Source of the DNA: the human T2T-CHM13v2.0 reference genome, Homo sapiens
DNA: 64,000 nt
Strand: one strand, 5' to 3'
NCBI RefSeq assembly: GCF_009914755.1
Contig: NC_060929.1
The number at the start of each line of letters is the position of its first letter. Within the stretch, counting starts at the first letter, position 1. The notes under the pieces were generated by a model, which had not been told where the DNA came from, searched no databases, and was given only the letters and a program-made list of their open reading frames with translations. Below, in pieces: positions 1 to 14,146 of the stretch. A program made the position numbers and the translations under genes.

Positions 1-131
1 ATACATGTATTATGATTATACCCATTATTTCATTTAATTCTCATAACCCTAGAGGTATGTGTGATTGTCACAAATTTGCAGGTCTGTCTTACTACAAAGC
101 CTGGTTTCAGCATGCTCCCATTATGGCCAGA

Positions 132-915
132 AGCAGCTGACATTACCAAAGCCCATCACAGTGCCCATGAAACAGGAAGCAGGCGAGGACCCTGTCTATC
201 CGGCCCCTCCACAATCCCAGCTAGTGGGAGATTATGTTGGGGGACAGAATTCAAGGAGAGCTGCAACAAATATATTAACAATGGCTGCTGTGTGTTGGGT
301 GGGTACTCTGTGCCAGGAACCATGATAAGCACTTTATGTATATTATCCCGATTTCAACTCACAATGATGCATAGAGGAAACCATTATTAACTTCACTTTA
401 CGTGAGAAACTGGGGCACCTAGGTTTAAGTAACATGGCTAGGGTCATACATATAGAAAGCGGCCCTAGCAGGATTGAATCTTGGTCTCTCCATTCAGAAT
501 TTCATGCTCTTAACCACCAAGAAAAGACAGAGTAGCATGCTGCTCAATTGACAAAACAGGAATCCCACAGAAACCTGTCTAGGGATTCTGCACCGTGAAC
601 CCCATTCTAACATAAACCAGGTTTGCATCCTTGCTGCAGCAGTGAGGAGTGTAGCTCGGTGCTGAGGCTGGCAAATGCAGCATCTGATGCAATCTATTGC
701 ATTACTGAATGTGCAGTGCTCATGTTTTAAAAAAAGAAGAAAAAAGGAACGAAAAAAAAAAAAAAAACGCTGTCGAAATGGTTGGAAGGCGGGGAGGCCC
801 AGAACCCGGCCAATTGAAAAGCAGCAGCTGGCTTTACCAACGTCGATCGCAGTGCCCATCAAACAGGAAGCAGGCGAGGACCCTGGCTGTCCAGGTCCTC
901 GCCAATCCCAGCCAG
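132..915 (+). repeat. Dispersed 93-bp direct repeat, two copies (132-224 and 823-915)
   Basis: Ungapped hand alignment gives 78/93 identical, with a perfect 25-nt core AAACAGGAAGCAGGCGAGGACCCTG. Confidence 0.9.
285..520. mobile_element. MIR SINE
   Basis: tactctgtgccagg...agcactttatgtatatt...gagaaactggggcacctaggtttaagtaacatggctagggtcataca matches the MIR core. Confidence 0.7.
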
Positions 916-3479
916 CCAGACAAGGAAGGCTGAGGGCACTCTGACAAGGCCCTTTCAGCCAGCTCCCGCAGCCAGGCCCAGCTGTACAAAGCAGTGTCAC
1001 TGCCTCAGAGGAGACCATCTGGGGGACAATAGTTCCGGGATAGTCTGTCCTCTCTCTGTGTGCTCTGTCACCCCCAGGCTCCGCCTCAGCTGCTGCCCGC
1101 ACCAGGCCAGGGGGAGACTTCCCCATTTCCTCCTTTAAAAGGCTCATCAGGAAGGAAAGAAGAGCAAAAAGCAACGGGTAAAATAAGGTTTAGCTTCATC
1201 CAACACAAAAGGGGGTGAGATAAAGGACAATTGTGTGTCAAACCCAGTATGAAACATACTGGGGCAAGGCTAATGAGTGGGGGCCCACCCGAGAGAGAAC
1301 GTCAGTAGGATCTAGCAGCTGGTCGCCACCACTGTTCAGGGGCTGAAGGCTTGCTAGAACCAATTGGACTGTGCGTGAAGTCTTCTGGCTCGGACCGACG
1401 GTTTCAGGGACAAGCGGCCCAGGACTCCGATCCCAGCTCAGTCGCAGGTACCGGCATACAGCCACTTCCGCGGCACCCTGTGGCCCCACCCCTGGGCACA
1501 GATGATTGAGCCAGGAGAAGAGGTCAGCTGACCAAGAAAGACCAATCAGAACCCCACTCTTCCAGTGGGAACACCCACCTCTCAACACCTCGAGGGCAGG
1601 ATTTTTTGTTTTGGTGTTTGTTCCTCCCCGCCCTTTTTATCTATTTTGTGCACTGCTATATCTTAAATGCCTAAAATAAAACCCATAACCTAGCAGTTGC
1701 TCAGTATGTATTTAATTGAATCATGCTCTATACTTCAAGTCAGGATTCAGCCAACTGGTCTCCCTCGAACTAGAACTGAAGTTCCCTTAACTGGGAAACT
1801 GGGGCAGTCCTGCTCTGCAAAATGGACTTCAGGGTGTGCAATGGGAAAAGAAGGAGGAGAATGAGCAAGAAGAATGGAGGCAGAGAGAGTGGTGACAGGC
1901 TTCCCGAATACATCCCAGTATCCTTATGATAATGTTCTTCTTTTTCCTTAAGCTAGCTGGAGTGGGTCTTCATATTTAAAACCAAGTCATTCTAGCCCAA
2001 ACAGCATGTCTCCCTGAAATCCTTTCCCAAAAGGATTGGTGAAAAGTCCCATGAACTCCTGAAATATTTTTAGCTTAGTGCACTTGGAGGCATGAGGCAC
2101 AACTTTAGTCCTTCCCCAAATACCTTGTCTGATCTGCCAACTGAGACACCGCAGAGGGAAAGTGATAGGGTGGCCAGTTCTGGGGCCTCACTGCCTGACC
2201 CCAATCCTGGCTCCTGCCCACCCTCCCTGAGACCCAACTCAGGTTATCTAACCCTTCTGAATTTCTTCCTTTGCAAAATGAAATTATAATAGCATCCATC
2301 TCCATGGCTTATTTTGAAAACATAAAGTGCTTTGTACAGTGTTTAGCACATGGTTAGTGCTAGATAAGTAATAATGTATCCAATACATTGAATAAGCAGG
2401 ACTCATTAAAGCAACTTTATTTTTGTCTCCCATTTCTCTTTAGAACTCTTCATTGTGTTCAGTCCATTCTTTGCCCCAGAATGAGAATATGGACAGATCC
2501 TTGAGTTTTCTAATCATTGTTAAGTAATAAAACATCCTGTGGTTGCTTTAAATCAGGGACGTTGCTTCAATTCATTATTTACATTTTCTTCCCTCTTTCC
2601 CCTAAGGCCTGCTGCCAACAGAAACCTGTGGGTCTGGCTTTTCTGCTCCTCCACTAGCTTGCTAACCTATTTTCTGGTGCTTCCAAGAATCACGTGGGGA
2701 TAGAGAAGGGAGGTAAAGGGGATAAGGAAGTTCTTAATTGGACGGTACTGTCAAAGACTGGCTTTGTCCTCTCTGAGTCTGATAGATGTTTTAAGTTGAC
2801 AGTTTCCCTCCTGAATGCTCTATAGGTTATTTGGGGACAGCCCTGCTGCCCCACCAATGATTATAACTGCCTCGATGCAGGTGAGCTTTTTGTTTGCCCA
2901 GTAACTCGCCATTCCCCTTCTTGGCCTCTCCAGGTACTTTCTTCTGGACAGAATCCCTTTCACAATGACCCCAGGCTGACATTCCTACTAGGAATGTAAT
3001 ACCCCCTTCCCCTGCCCTCCGCCTCATCTATCGTTGCCCAACCATTGTAGGCCATGTCCCTACTTCCTCTCCTCTGCTACCACCAACTACAGCTTCCTTA
3101 AGCATGAGTCAGACCCCAGCCCACCACAATCCCCCAGTTGCAAGGCACACAAAACAAGCTCTCTGGGAGTCACTAGGAACTAGGGCTAAGGCTGAAGGCA
3201 CAGACTCCTTTTCCAAAGAAGTCTTCACAAAATCTTTCCTAAATTTCCAAAACCCAACCCTTTTCTGTCTTCCAAAGGGGTGGCAAGCTTTGATAAATGT
3301 GCAACTGGTTTTTGCATTTTACTTTTGTAAATCCTGCACTCTTGGGCTGGCCTCAGCCCACCTGTGGCTTGTAGCAGCTGTCATACCTTAGTTCCTCAGG
3401 TAAAACTTCAATTTTAACCTCCCGTTGCATTAATAATAAATCAACATGTGCACGTGACCTTTCAGAGCCCAAAATGTGA

Positions 3480-3660
3480 TCATATGCATTATCTTACCTA
3501 TTCTGCACTGCAGCTCTATTGAGGTGGCAATTCTGCTCTCTCCATTTTTCAGATGAGGAAACTGAGGCATAGAGAGGTCAAGAAGCTTGTACAAGATCAC
3601 ACATCTGGGAAATGAAAGTCAGATTTGCACCCATGTCTACCTGACTCCTTTTCACTGCCA
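3480..3660. mobile_element. MIR SINE
   Basis: cagatgaggaaactgaggcatagagaggtcaagaagcttgtacaagatcacaca is the MIR core. Confidence 0.75.
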
Positions 3661-4411
3661 GAGATATCCTCCCAAGGGGAAAGACATATAAGGGCACTGT
3701 GCCCTTGATCTGTAAGCCTGGCACTTGAGACTTCCATGGCCCCCAGGCATTCCTGATTCAGGGGATGTCCCAGAAGCCACCCTGGAAAGGCAGTGGCCTC
3801 CTCAATACAGAGCTAAAATACAAACGTGAGACTTCCTTGAAGCGGATCGAGGCAGCCAGCCCTGTGACTGGCAGCTGAGTTCAGAGAACCAGCCAAAGCA
3901 AAGCCGTGTTTCCTTTGCACATAAAGCATCCATTCTCAGCCATGCACACTGGCACAGACACTCACAGACCAGAGCCTCAAAGGGCTGGACAAAGAAACAG
4001 ACACAGGCAAGAGCAAAAGTTTTTTTTTTCTTTTCTAAATGCAAAGCCCAGATAATACTCAACATGTATATACAATTTTCATATGAGCTGAATTTTTTAT
4101 AGAAAAGGCAGAGACTTCTTGTGCCAAAGTTTTGGGGGCAGATGGCTGGGGGGTTGTTTATAAAGACAGATTTATAGCCTGTGGCCCCTTCTTCATGGGC
4201 TGAAAATACCCCGGCTCTGTTTCCCCCATGTTTCTCATTTTCCACCCATCTTCTCCTTTTCCCCTTTTCGTTTTTGATACCTTTCAGTGGCCAGCCCTGG
4301 CCAGCTACCCTTCAGTAGCTACAGAGATGAGCTATTCAAACCTTCCTCCAGAGCCCTACAGTCAGGTAGGGGAGACAGACAAGAAAAGCCAATAATGAAA
4401 ATACAGAATAA

Positions 4412-4787
<376 letters not shown>

Positions 4788-6949
4788 TCAGAGGGGATTT
4801 TCACGATATGTTACCACTGGTACTGACTGACCAGATAGAATGATTCCATGACCCATTGGAATGGACTCCAGCCTTTACATGGGATTTGGTGACTATCAGC
4901 TCATGGTAGAATAAGAGAAAGCTTCATGGAGGAGGTGAAGACTGAGCTGAGGTGTAAAGGGCATGTTTGTGAGGCAGGCATATTTGAGATGTGGCAGTTT
5001 CGGGCCAAGGGAACAGTAAAGGCAGAGAGGCAGGAGAGAAAGTCCATTAGGGGAACTATCAGGACCTCTCCATCGCTGATCCCTCGGAGGCCCAGAGTGG
5101 TCAGTAGGTATCTGTTGAATTAATAAAAGAATAATGAGTCAATGAATGAAGTGGAAAATGTGTGGTAGGGGGGCATAGAGGGTGAGGCTGAAGAGCAGCA
5201 GGGAGGCAATAAGATAGCTACCATTTATTGCAGTCTGAGATGTGCCAGAACTTTACGCAGATTATATTATTCCATCCTTCCCATCAGGGCTAGCTAAATT
5301 GTCTATATTGTATGAGTGAGGAACCTAGAGCAGTCCCAGGCACAGAGAGCGTGTTAGACAGGTATTAGTATTACCCCAGAGTTACAGATATGCATGTTGA
5401 AACTCAGAGAAATAAGGTAACAGTTTGTACAGCCAGGCCTTTCTGACCCCAAATCTCATTCTCTTATCTCAAATCCTAGAGGAGAGTACGGCCATTTAAC
5501 TTACGTGAATTTTGCTATACACATTTGCGGGGGTGGTGGGAAAGGAAATTTTAAGAACATGGGCCATTCTTCTCATCATGATCTATGCCATGGAGTAAAC
5601 GTGGGGCAGAGCCTGAATCTAAAAAGGTTGCCTTCACTCCTCTCAGTTCCTTTGGGCCTCTCATGGCCAATATGTCTAGGTGTCCACATGATTTCCATAC
5701 AACAAAGTTCCTAAATGCAAGCCCCCTACTTTACTTGGGCTCAATCAAAGAAACAGTGATGTATCTGGTCCAACCATGGACATTAAACAATCACTCTTCC
5801 TGTATCATGCACATTGATAGACAAGTTAGGAAATTTTTGAAGATGATTTTTACAATATCAATGCAGTCCGTGTTGTCTTTGGAATGTACTGGCCCCAGGA
5901 AGGTGCAATTATGCCCAGGGCAGCCTCCAGGTTAGGAATGGCCAGCTGGTCTGTGGGTTAAAGACCCTTGCCTTGGCAGCCATCTTTGTGCCCCTTTGTG
6001 CTTGGAATGCCAAGTATCTTCTGATTTTCAGTGGCCAAAGCAACCAGATATTATCTGAAAGCCAATAGTGGTTTTCTCAGCTATGGGAACATGATGAAGA
6101 CCAAAAAGACCACACTCTGGTGTTGTGGATGCCATCCCTTGGCTTTCCACCACCCTGGTCTTTCTGTGGTTAATTTTTGGCTCCCAGAAATGAAGGCTCC
6201 ATAACAGAGCTGGAAAGCTCTCTCCAGGGCACGAAGGAGCTACCGAGCTGAGACCTCTCTTTTGACATCTGAACATCAGAACCTAATCAAGGATGAGGAC
6301 CATTACTTGGACCCGTTTTTCTGAGGTGACTCAGCCTGACAAGGCCCTAAATAACATCCAAATATTATCCCACACTGGGAGAAAGAAAGAAAAATAAAAT
6401 CAGGCTACTTCATCATTTGTCTCTCATGAATGCATCTTATGAATATTTTCCTTTAAAAGACTAATCTGCTGAGAACTTGGAAGAACGTATTTGTGTGCAT
6501 TCATTAAGTCTCCAACTTAGAGGCACATTCTGGGACTAATTATTTTTTAACTAACTAATCAGCATGTTTCATTCATAAATTGGGATTTATCAGTATAGCA
6601 CATGAAAGGAGAGAACATATTATTATTTTAATTTGGTTAATATGCAAAAACGTGCTGTGTTTGTAATGACCTGCTTTCACTGAATAGACACAGCCTGGAA
6701 ATAGTAGCAGCTTCCTCTAATGAGGGTTCTGGCTCCTGGCCCCAGCTGCTCGGCACTAGAAACTCAGTTTGCTCTCTGACCCATCAGCGTTTGTGCTTCT
6801 CCGGTGAGGAGGCAGGAGTGATTTCCTCACAAGGAGAAAAACCAAAGGCCTTGTGTTTGCTCTGCTGATGGAACCAGTTACACCCGCTTTGTTAGTGGGA
6901 AGAAAAAGCATGGGGGTAGGGGCGGAGAGTGGTGGTTGGAAGGGGTTAT

Positions 6950-6965
6950 CACACACACACACACA

Positions 6966-7008
<43 letters not shown>
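6950..7008. repeat. (CA)n microsatellite
   Basis: About 29 CA units with one GA interruption. Confidence 0.97.
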
Positions 7009-7011
<3 letters not shown>

Positions 7012-7314
7012 CCCAGAGGCCCAACTCCATTAATAAGAGATTCCACCATAATCTAGTGATTCTTGTATCTTACTCTATTGCGCCCATCATCCATGTGCAG
7101 CTTGTCTACCATGCAAATAAGTCCTCTGTTCTGAAGTCCCTTGATAAAGGGATTTATTTACCAGCCTAAACTGGTTATCCCATTTGCCCCTGCAAATGTG
7201 TGGTTCCTCCTTGCCTCTGAGCTGTCACACACGCTGGTTTAGAGCCACTGAGCCAGGGCCTCAGGTTCATGCAGCCTGTCAGGAGCCTGGGTTGTCTCCC
7301 AGACCCCTGCAAAC

Positions 7315-7434
7315 ATTCGGCCCAGCTTTGAACCTGAATCCTCTTGCCCCTCTGATTCGGCTCAGCTTTGAACCTTACTCGTCTTGCCCCTCTGATTCGG
7401 CCCAGCTTTGAACCTGAATCATCTTGCCCCTCTG
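7315..7434. repeat. Minisatellite, 3 x 40 bp (ATTCGGCCCAGCTTTGAACCTGAATCCTCTTGCCCCTCTG)
   Basis: Copies at 7315-7354, 7355-7394 and 7395-7434 with few substitutions and no spacers. Confidence 0.95.
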
Positions 7435-8699
7435 GCCAACAGCACTGCTCTGGACTCACCTAGAAGGGCAACGTGGGGCAGGCGTCGCCACTGGCCTTTC
7501 TGTGACACGCTGGAGTAGGGTCCAGCTGTATTTTTTCTGTCCAGCCCTGGTGCCAGCCTGCTGAGGTCTCCACCCAGACACATCCTGATGTGGCACATTC
7601 TAGAGCCAGGCGCTGCTTTTGTGTTTTAAAGGAGGACGTTTCCTCTTCTGTTTTTTTTTTTTTTTTCACTGTAGAAGCTCTTTTTACATTCTGAAAGAAA
7701 TACACATGCTCATTGTAGAAGATTTAGAAAAAGCAGAAAACTATCCATTAAAATTCAATCTATAATCCCACTAGCATGAGACTACCCGCATGCACACTGA
7801 CATTTGGGGTGTTTGCTTCTGGCCCCTTGTGCCTGTGGCAGAACAGGTCTTCTCCAAGAGGGAGAGTGACCTGGGCTTCCTCTATTTGTGAAGCTCTGAG
7901 TGTGAAGCAATACTAAAACAGAATGAAAACCATTGTGCCGTATTTTAAATGTGTATATTCTTGATATATTGTGCACAGATATACTCTTGCCATTTATCAT
8001 GTGACTCTTACAACAGTGTATCTGTGACTGTGTGTGACAGTGTTTAGAGTATTCCCGTGATTATTGTATAACTGCATTTACAGGTCACGTCCAAAGTCTC
8101 AATTAGTGAACATAAGACCTGGTCAAATGGCTCTCCTGGATCCCTTCCCATAACCCCATGGGCATTTGTACTTACATCATATCGGAGATCATACTGCATT
8201 CATATTTTTATATTTTGACTTAATACTATTTTGTTAACCTTTTCACAAGTTAATAAAAATTCTTCCACAGCAAGCTTTTAGTGGGTAACCAGCATTCTAC
8301 TATGTAATCTTACTACCTAAGCTTTCACCCATTATTGAACATTTCAAATGGCCAATTTTTTCCCCATTATAAATAATACTGCATTGAACATCTTTCTGTG
8401 AAAATCTTTGCAACTCTCTGGGGTTATTTCCTTTGGATGGAGTCCTAAAAGGAAAACTAATGGGCCACAGGGTAGGAACATCTGAGAGTATCTTGTTTCA
8501 TGTTGCTTGATTTGTTTCCAAATAGGTGGTATTGATTTATCCTGAAAGTTAGAACATTTTCACTATCTTATTTAGTCTTTAATTGCACAAGTAATTCACA
8601 GGAATACACTCTCCTTGTACAAAATTTAAGAAAGTAAGGCCTAAGTCTCTTTTAACCACCCCCTCCAATCCCTGAGGTAGCCACAGTTTTCAGCTTAAC

Positions 8700-9135
8700 A
8701 AATGTCCTCTAACAATGCATTTATTTAGTTATCTGTGTTCTTACATAAAATTGCATTACCTATAAAGTATTAAAAACTTGCATACTTCTATAACCGTAGA
8801 AAATGTAGTATTTTTGTGTGTGAATTTTTTACATAAATGGTGTCATAATGTATAGGTATTATGTGACTTGTTTATTGCCTTCAGCTGTCTGTCTTGGAGC
8901 TCTTCCTTTGTGCATATAAATCTACCTCATGCTGTCTAACTTTCCATATGTTTCCATGGGCTACATATAGGCTACATATTTGGATCCTCCCAATTTTTTC
9001 ATGTTTACAAATAGTGATGCAATATAAACACTTTTACACAAGCGATTTGAACAAGATTTTTCTCTACTTGAAATCAAATGGTATAATTACTGGGTCATGG
9101 GATATGCACACTTTTAATTTTAATAGATGCCAAAT
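8700..9135 (-). mobile_element. Old L1 (L1M-type) fragment, antisense
   Basis: tttttacataaatggtgtcataatgtata...tactgggtcatgggatatgcacacttttaattttaatagatgccaaatt is typical antisense L1ME 3' sequence. Confidence 0.6.
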
Positions 9136-9137
9136 TA

Positions 9138-9470
<333 letters not shown>

Positions 9471-10551
9471 TTACTTTTATTAGGAATATTCTAGAATGTT
9501 GTGGATTTGGGCTTAATTATCAAGGATGTAATTCTAAAGTGTTCTATTATGTAGGATGTCACCCAAAGGTCTTTTCATGTCTTCATTCATTCCCTCCATC
9601 TCCATCTGCTCTGGGCCCAGGGTGGCCCACTCACCTGCAGTACACAGTCAATGAATGCAGGTTAGGCACTTTCCCCTTCACCCAGCCCCACCCTTTCAGA
9701 GCCCCAACCTGACACCTGGTTCCCTTCAGCACCTGCCAAGACCCTGCTCATCTTTCCAGATAGAGCTCACATGTCCCCTCTTCTTGGAAGCCCTCCCTAG
9801 AGTGCAGGCTGTGTAAAGCAACCTCTCTTCAGTGTCCCCATGGCACCCTTATTTATTGGCTTGTCATGCTTACTGCAATTTGGAATTTAGTCATCTCTAC
9901 CCCGTTAAAATGGACAGTCTTGGGCTTTCAATGGTGCAGCATTTGGGTGTCAACTGATAAATATGGACCACTGACTGAATGACAAATGTGCTCGAATGGC
10001 AGTCTGTCGGTTTCCAAAGAGAAGGGACCAACCACATGCAGCTTTTTTCGTAGAGAGCTTCACAGAAAAAAGGCTGCAAAAACATTAGATGGCTAATAAT
10101 TGACCCTTTATGGTGACCATGATCTTAATAAAAATGATAAACAGTTGGTGAGTAAAGTAAATCACGAACTCTCACACGTACAAAAATTGAGAACCACATT
10201 CTCCTCTGGAAAGTGTTTATACCACTTCTTGCTTCAATATTTCTTCATGAAATCTAGAAGCTTTTTATGCAATTGATTTTTTAAAATGCATCCCAGGGAA
10301 TGATAAACAGCAGCAAGAAAGCCACTCAAATACTTAGAATATGGTGATTGTATTGTCATAAATCTCTGGGTAGAATCTCAACTATGAAAAGAAATGTATG
10401 AAAAAAAGACTGGAAATAAATATATCAAAATGTTAATAATGGTTGCTCCAATGGGGTTGGGATGCTGTGCAAATTTCTTTTCTTCTTCTTTTTTAAAAAC
10501 TTTTCTGATTATTTTACCATGAACATAAATTCATTTTTTATTAATTTTCTA

Positions 10552-10840
10552 TTTTTTTGGAGACAGAGTCTCACTGTGTCACTCAGGCTGGAGTGCAGGG
10601 GTGCGATCACGGCTCACTGCAGCCTCAACCTCCAGGGTGCAAATGATCCTCCCACTTCAGCCACCTGAGTAGCTGGAACTACAGGCACACCACCATGCCC
10701 AGCTAATTTTTGTATTTTTTGTAGAGACTGGGTTTTGCTGTGTTGCCCAAGCTGGTCTTGAACTCCTGGGCTCAAGCAATTCACCTGCCTTGGCCTCCCA
10801 AAGTGCTAGGATTTATAGGCTTGAGCCACCGTGCCCAGCC
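10552..10840 (-). mobile_element. Alu (AluJ-type)
   Basis: Antisense dimer, T tract then gagacagagtctcac...gtgcccagcc. Confidence 0.93.
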
Positions 10841-11262
10841 GTAAATAGAAATAACCAAAAAATTTTTCAGCAATTAATCAAGCTTCTAAGGAGAAAATTT
10901 TAAATACTCTGTGATTTGCATACATATATGACAGGATAAAATAATTGCAAGAGAACTAGTCAAAAATATCAACTCTCAGATTAGATAGTCACTCATTCAG
11001 GACTGTATTGGGTGAAGGGGATATAGTGCTAAACAAGTCAAGTGTTCTTCTCACCCTCAGGAAGCTCATAATTTAGTAAAAGCCACAAACTCAAATATCA
11101 ACAGGGGCCAGGCAGCAAGGGGAAAGCAGTGAAATCCACCAACAGGCCCATTCCCAATATTTCCTAATATTTGCAGGTCCAGGGAAAGAATATAAATGGA
11201 AGCCCACTCAACATAATCTAGATACTCACAAGCTCTAAATCAAGTTATCAAATTTAATTTAA

Positions 11263-11554
<292 letters not shown>

Positions 11555-12929
11555 AAATTTAAGTAACTTCTAATCTCTTATCTTGACAAATATACCTTTA
11601 TAACCACCTGGAAGGCCAGGTTCAAATTTAGAATTCTCCCTTGCCTGAAGATGATGACTTAGGAAAAACTGGTCCCCAGTCCAGAGTCCTCCCTCTTCAA
11701 CACCTGCTCTTCTTCTCTTCTCATATCTGACTCCATTTCATACAGCAGGGGGCTTTGCGCAGGTGGGTGGACACTCTGGCCTGCACATACAAGCATCATC
11801 CTCTTCCTCACCAAATAATAATAATAAAAAAACAGCTTTTCATTGCCACCCCTTGGGTCCCAGGTTGTGCACCCTGGCAGTGCTGGGTGAATTAACTAAG
11901 AAAAGAGGTCTCTGCTGGCTCCAGAAGCAGGCTCGGGTAATTTGGGCTGGGCATTCAGGGTCTCTTGGTACCTGCAGTATGGTCTAGAAGAGGCAATGCA
12001 GGCATCTATTGGCTCCTCAGACTTCTTGCAGCATGGAGAAGGGCCAGGGTGGACCCTCGAAAGCAGGCCAAGGGCAGGGGCCCCACTTCTCTGGGCCTTT
12101 GGTCAACACCAAAGACTGGGTAGAGACCATGGCGAATTGGAGAGCAAACGCCCCATCTTACAACAGCAGCAGCTGCTCAACTCCAGCCCCAAATTATCAT
12201 ATGTAGGAACACACATCCAGATGGCCACATCTTATACTTTTTGAAGAAAAGACACAAATCTGGATTTTCCTATGAAATTTCATAATTTTTACATGTTAGC
12301 AGGTAATAAGAATAAAAACGTAAATTACTCCGCTGGCCAAACTAAAAATATCTGTGAACCACCTGCCTGTGACTTCTATGAAGGAAAGCAAACCAAACTT
12401 CTGTTTACATGTTGCTTGACCACCGTTTAGTTTTGAAAATGATATTCTCCAACTCATTAATGTCACTTGAGCCCATAAGTAAATGATGTTGTCTCCATGG
12501 CTGTATATATGTTTGAATTTCATGCATATCTTGTTCCCCAGCAGAATTCCAATTTACCTGGCACCTTCCAGTACCGATGTCTGTCCCCATAAGCCATCAG
12601 AAAAGACCTGATGTATGGATCTACACATTTTTCTTCCCTGATGCTGACTTTGATCATGCTCTTCTCTCTGACCTTCCATCTTAACCTGGGCACAAAGCTC
12701 TCACTGCACTGCTCGTATCTCTTTACATGGCTGCTTAAATGCCATTATCTCCTTACATGGCTGTTACTTTGAAAATTATCTCCATGTCCCCAGGGCCTAC
12801 CACTGAGCCTGTCATGTGGTAGACACCTAGTACATTTTGTTTGTTCTGGAACTGAATTCATTGGTGTTTTGTTCTCCACGATGACCCACATCTCCCCAGT
12901 CAGATATGAATAATAATTATAGATGATAG

Positions 12930-13160
12930 TTCTTGGACATTTGCTATAGGCTAGGTAGGATGCTAAGAGCTTTATACATATTACCTCGTATAATCCTTTC
13001 AACTAACTGCTCAAAAAATGTTATCCTCATTTTCCAGATGCTGAATCTGAGGTTCAGAAAGACAAAAAGACCTGCTCACAAGTCTCTCAGCTGGCAAATG
13101 GGAGAGGTGGGACTTGAGCCAATCCTGCCTGCTCTGAAAGGTCTGTGTTCTTAACCAGGA
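12930..13160. mobile_element. MIR SINE
   Basis: ttatcctcattttccagatgctgaatctgaggttcagaaag matches the MIR core. Confidence 0.7.
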
Positions 13161-14123
13161 AGTCGGTGCCTCCCTAAATGTCCTTGAGCTCTTTTGGATA
13201 GTACACAGAGGAACTGTCTCTTATTTTGATTTCTAGACATTTGTTCCACTCAATATGCATTTATTTCAGTGTATATTAGGAAAAATAAATAACAGTAACT
13301 TCTTATGGCATATCATATTGATTTTTCATTTACATTAGTAATACGGAATTTTCCTTTTAACTTATTTACTTAAGTTCTAAAATATTGAGTCCATTTACAA
13401 ACAATGTTGAATGAATAATAAATACGATATGTAGTACAATAATACAATACAAATTATGTATCAAGTATATACAAAGGACTAGGATTTGAAAAATACTGCC
13501 TCAGAAACCACCATATATGGGTTTAAAAGAAACACACACACAATGAAACTAATAATTAAACTCTCACCACTCTCACTTGGAACTTGCATTTCCAAGTTTG
13601 TAGAATGTTGCTTAAAAAAAATATTCCAGACCCTGCCTAATGAAGACTCCAAGCAGTCTCTAAATTGCTAACTTTGAAGCATGTTTATTTCTTTTTCCTG
13701 TTTCTATTTTTGGAATTTAAATGGCTGAATGGATTTTTAAAAATTGCCTCTAAATAAAAAATGAGCCAGGGGCCTGGAGCTCTCTTCTGTCTCATTTGAA
13801 CTCTGAGCAAATGGTGAATTACAACACCCCTGGACATAGTGGTTTCTAACTACCAAGCTGCCAGGCTTTTAAATAACAGCAGCACCGAATTGTGGCCATA
13901 ATGCTACCTATTTCCCTTGATAAATTATTTATGCACTTATTATATTTTACATGGGCTGCTGAACCTGAAGGTACTTCTTTGGGGGCCAGGTGATTTCAAG
14001 AAGCCCATTACTGAGAATCAACTCAACAACATTAGAAACTAGCACATCCAATTGTATGTGATATTACTCATTAATATTACATCGTTACTGCCTCAGCAGT
14101 TGTTTTGGGTGGTGATAACTTTA

Positions 14124-14146
14124 TGTGTGTGTGTGTGTGTGTGTGT
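14124..14146. repeat. (TG)n microsatellite
   Basis: Direct read. Confidence 0.9.

Noticed and set aside
728-767. A-rich tract as a processed-pseudogene tail
   Set aside because: No upstream poly(A) signal, target-site duplication or recognisable parent coding sequence.
65-944. Two ORFs sharing VP(M/I)KQEAGEDP as a duplicated coding exon or SUMO motif
   Set aside because: Differences between the copies are mostly non-synonymous and no convincing splice sites flank both; kept only as a non-coding repeat.
494-1174. 226-aa minus-strand ORF
   Set aside because: No recognisable domain, crosses a poly-T tract (FFFFF), non-ATG start and no supporting gene structure; consistent with a chance ORF in GC-rich DNA.
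6756-7169. ORFs with CVCVCV or HTHTHT runs
   Set aside because: Artefacts of the (CA)n microsatellite.
7315-7434. 40-bp repeats as a CRISPR-like array
   Set aside because: Head-to-tail with no unique spacers, in a human genomic context with no cas genes.
9726-9746. TTCAGCACC as a REST/RE1 site
   Set aside because: Only the left half matches; the GGACAG right half is absent.
12716-12763. 18-bp near-repeat TATCTC(T/C)TTACATGGCTG at 30-bp spacing
   Set aside because: Short degenerate two-copy slippage product with no motif or structural signal.
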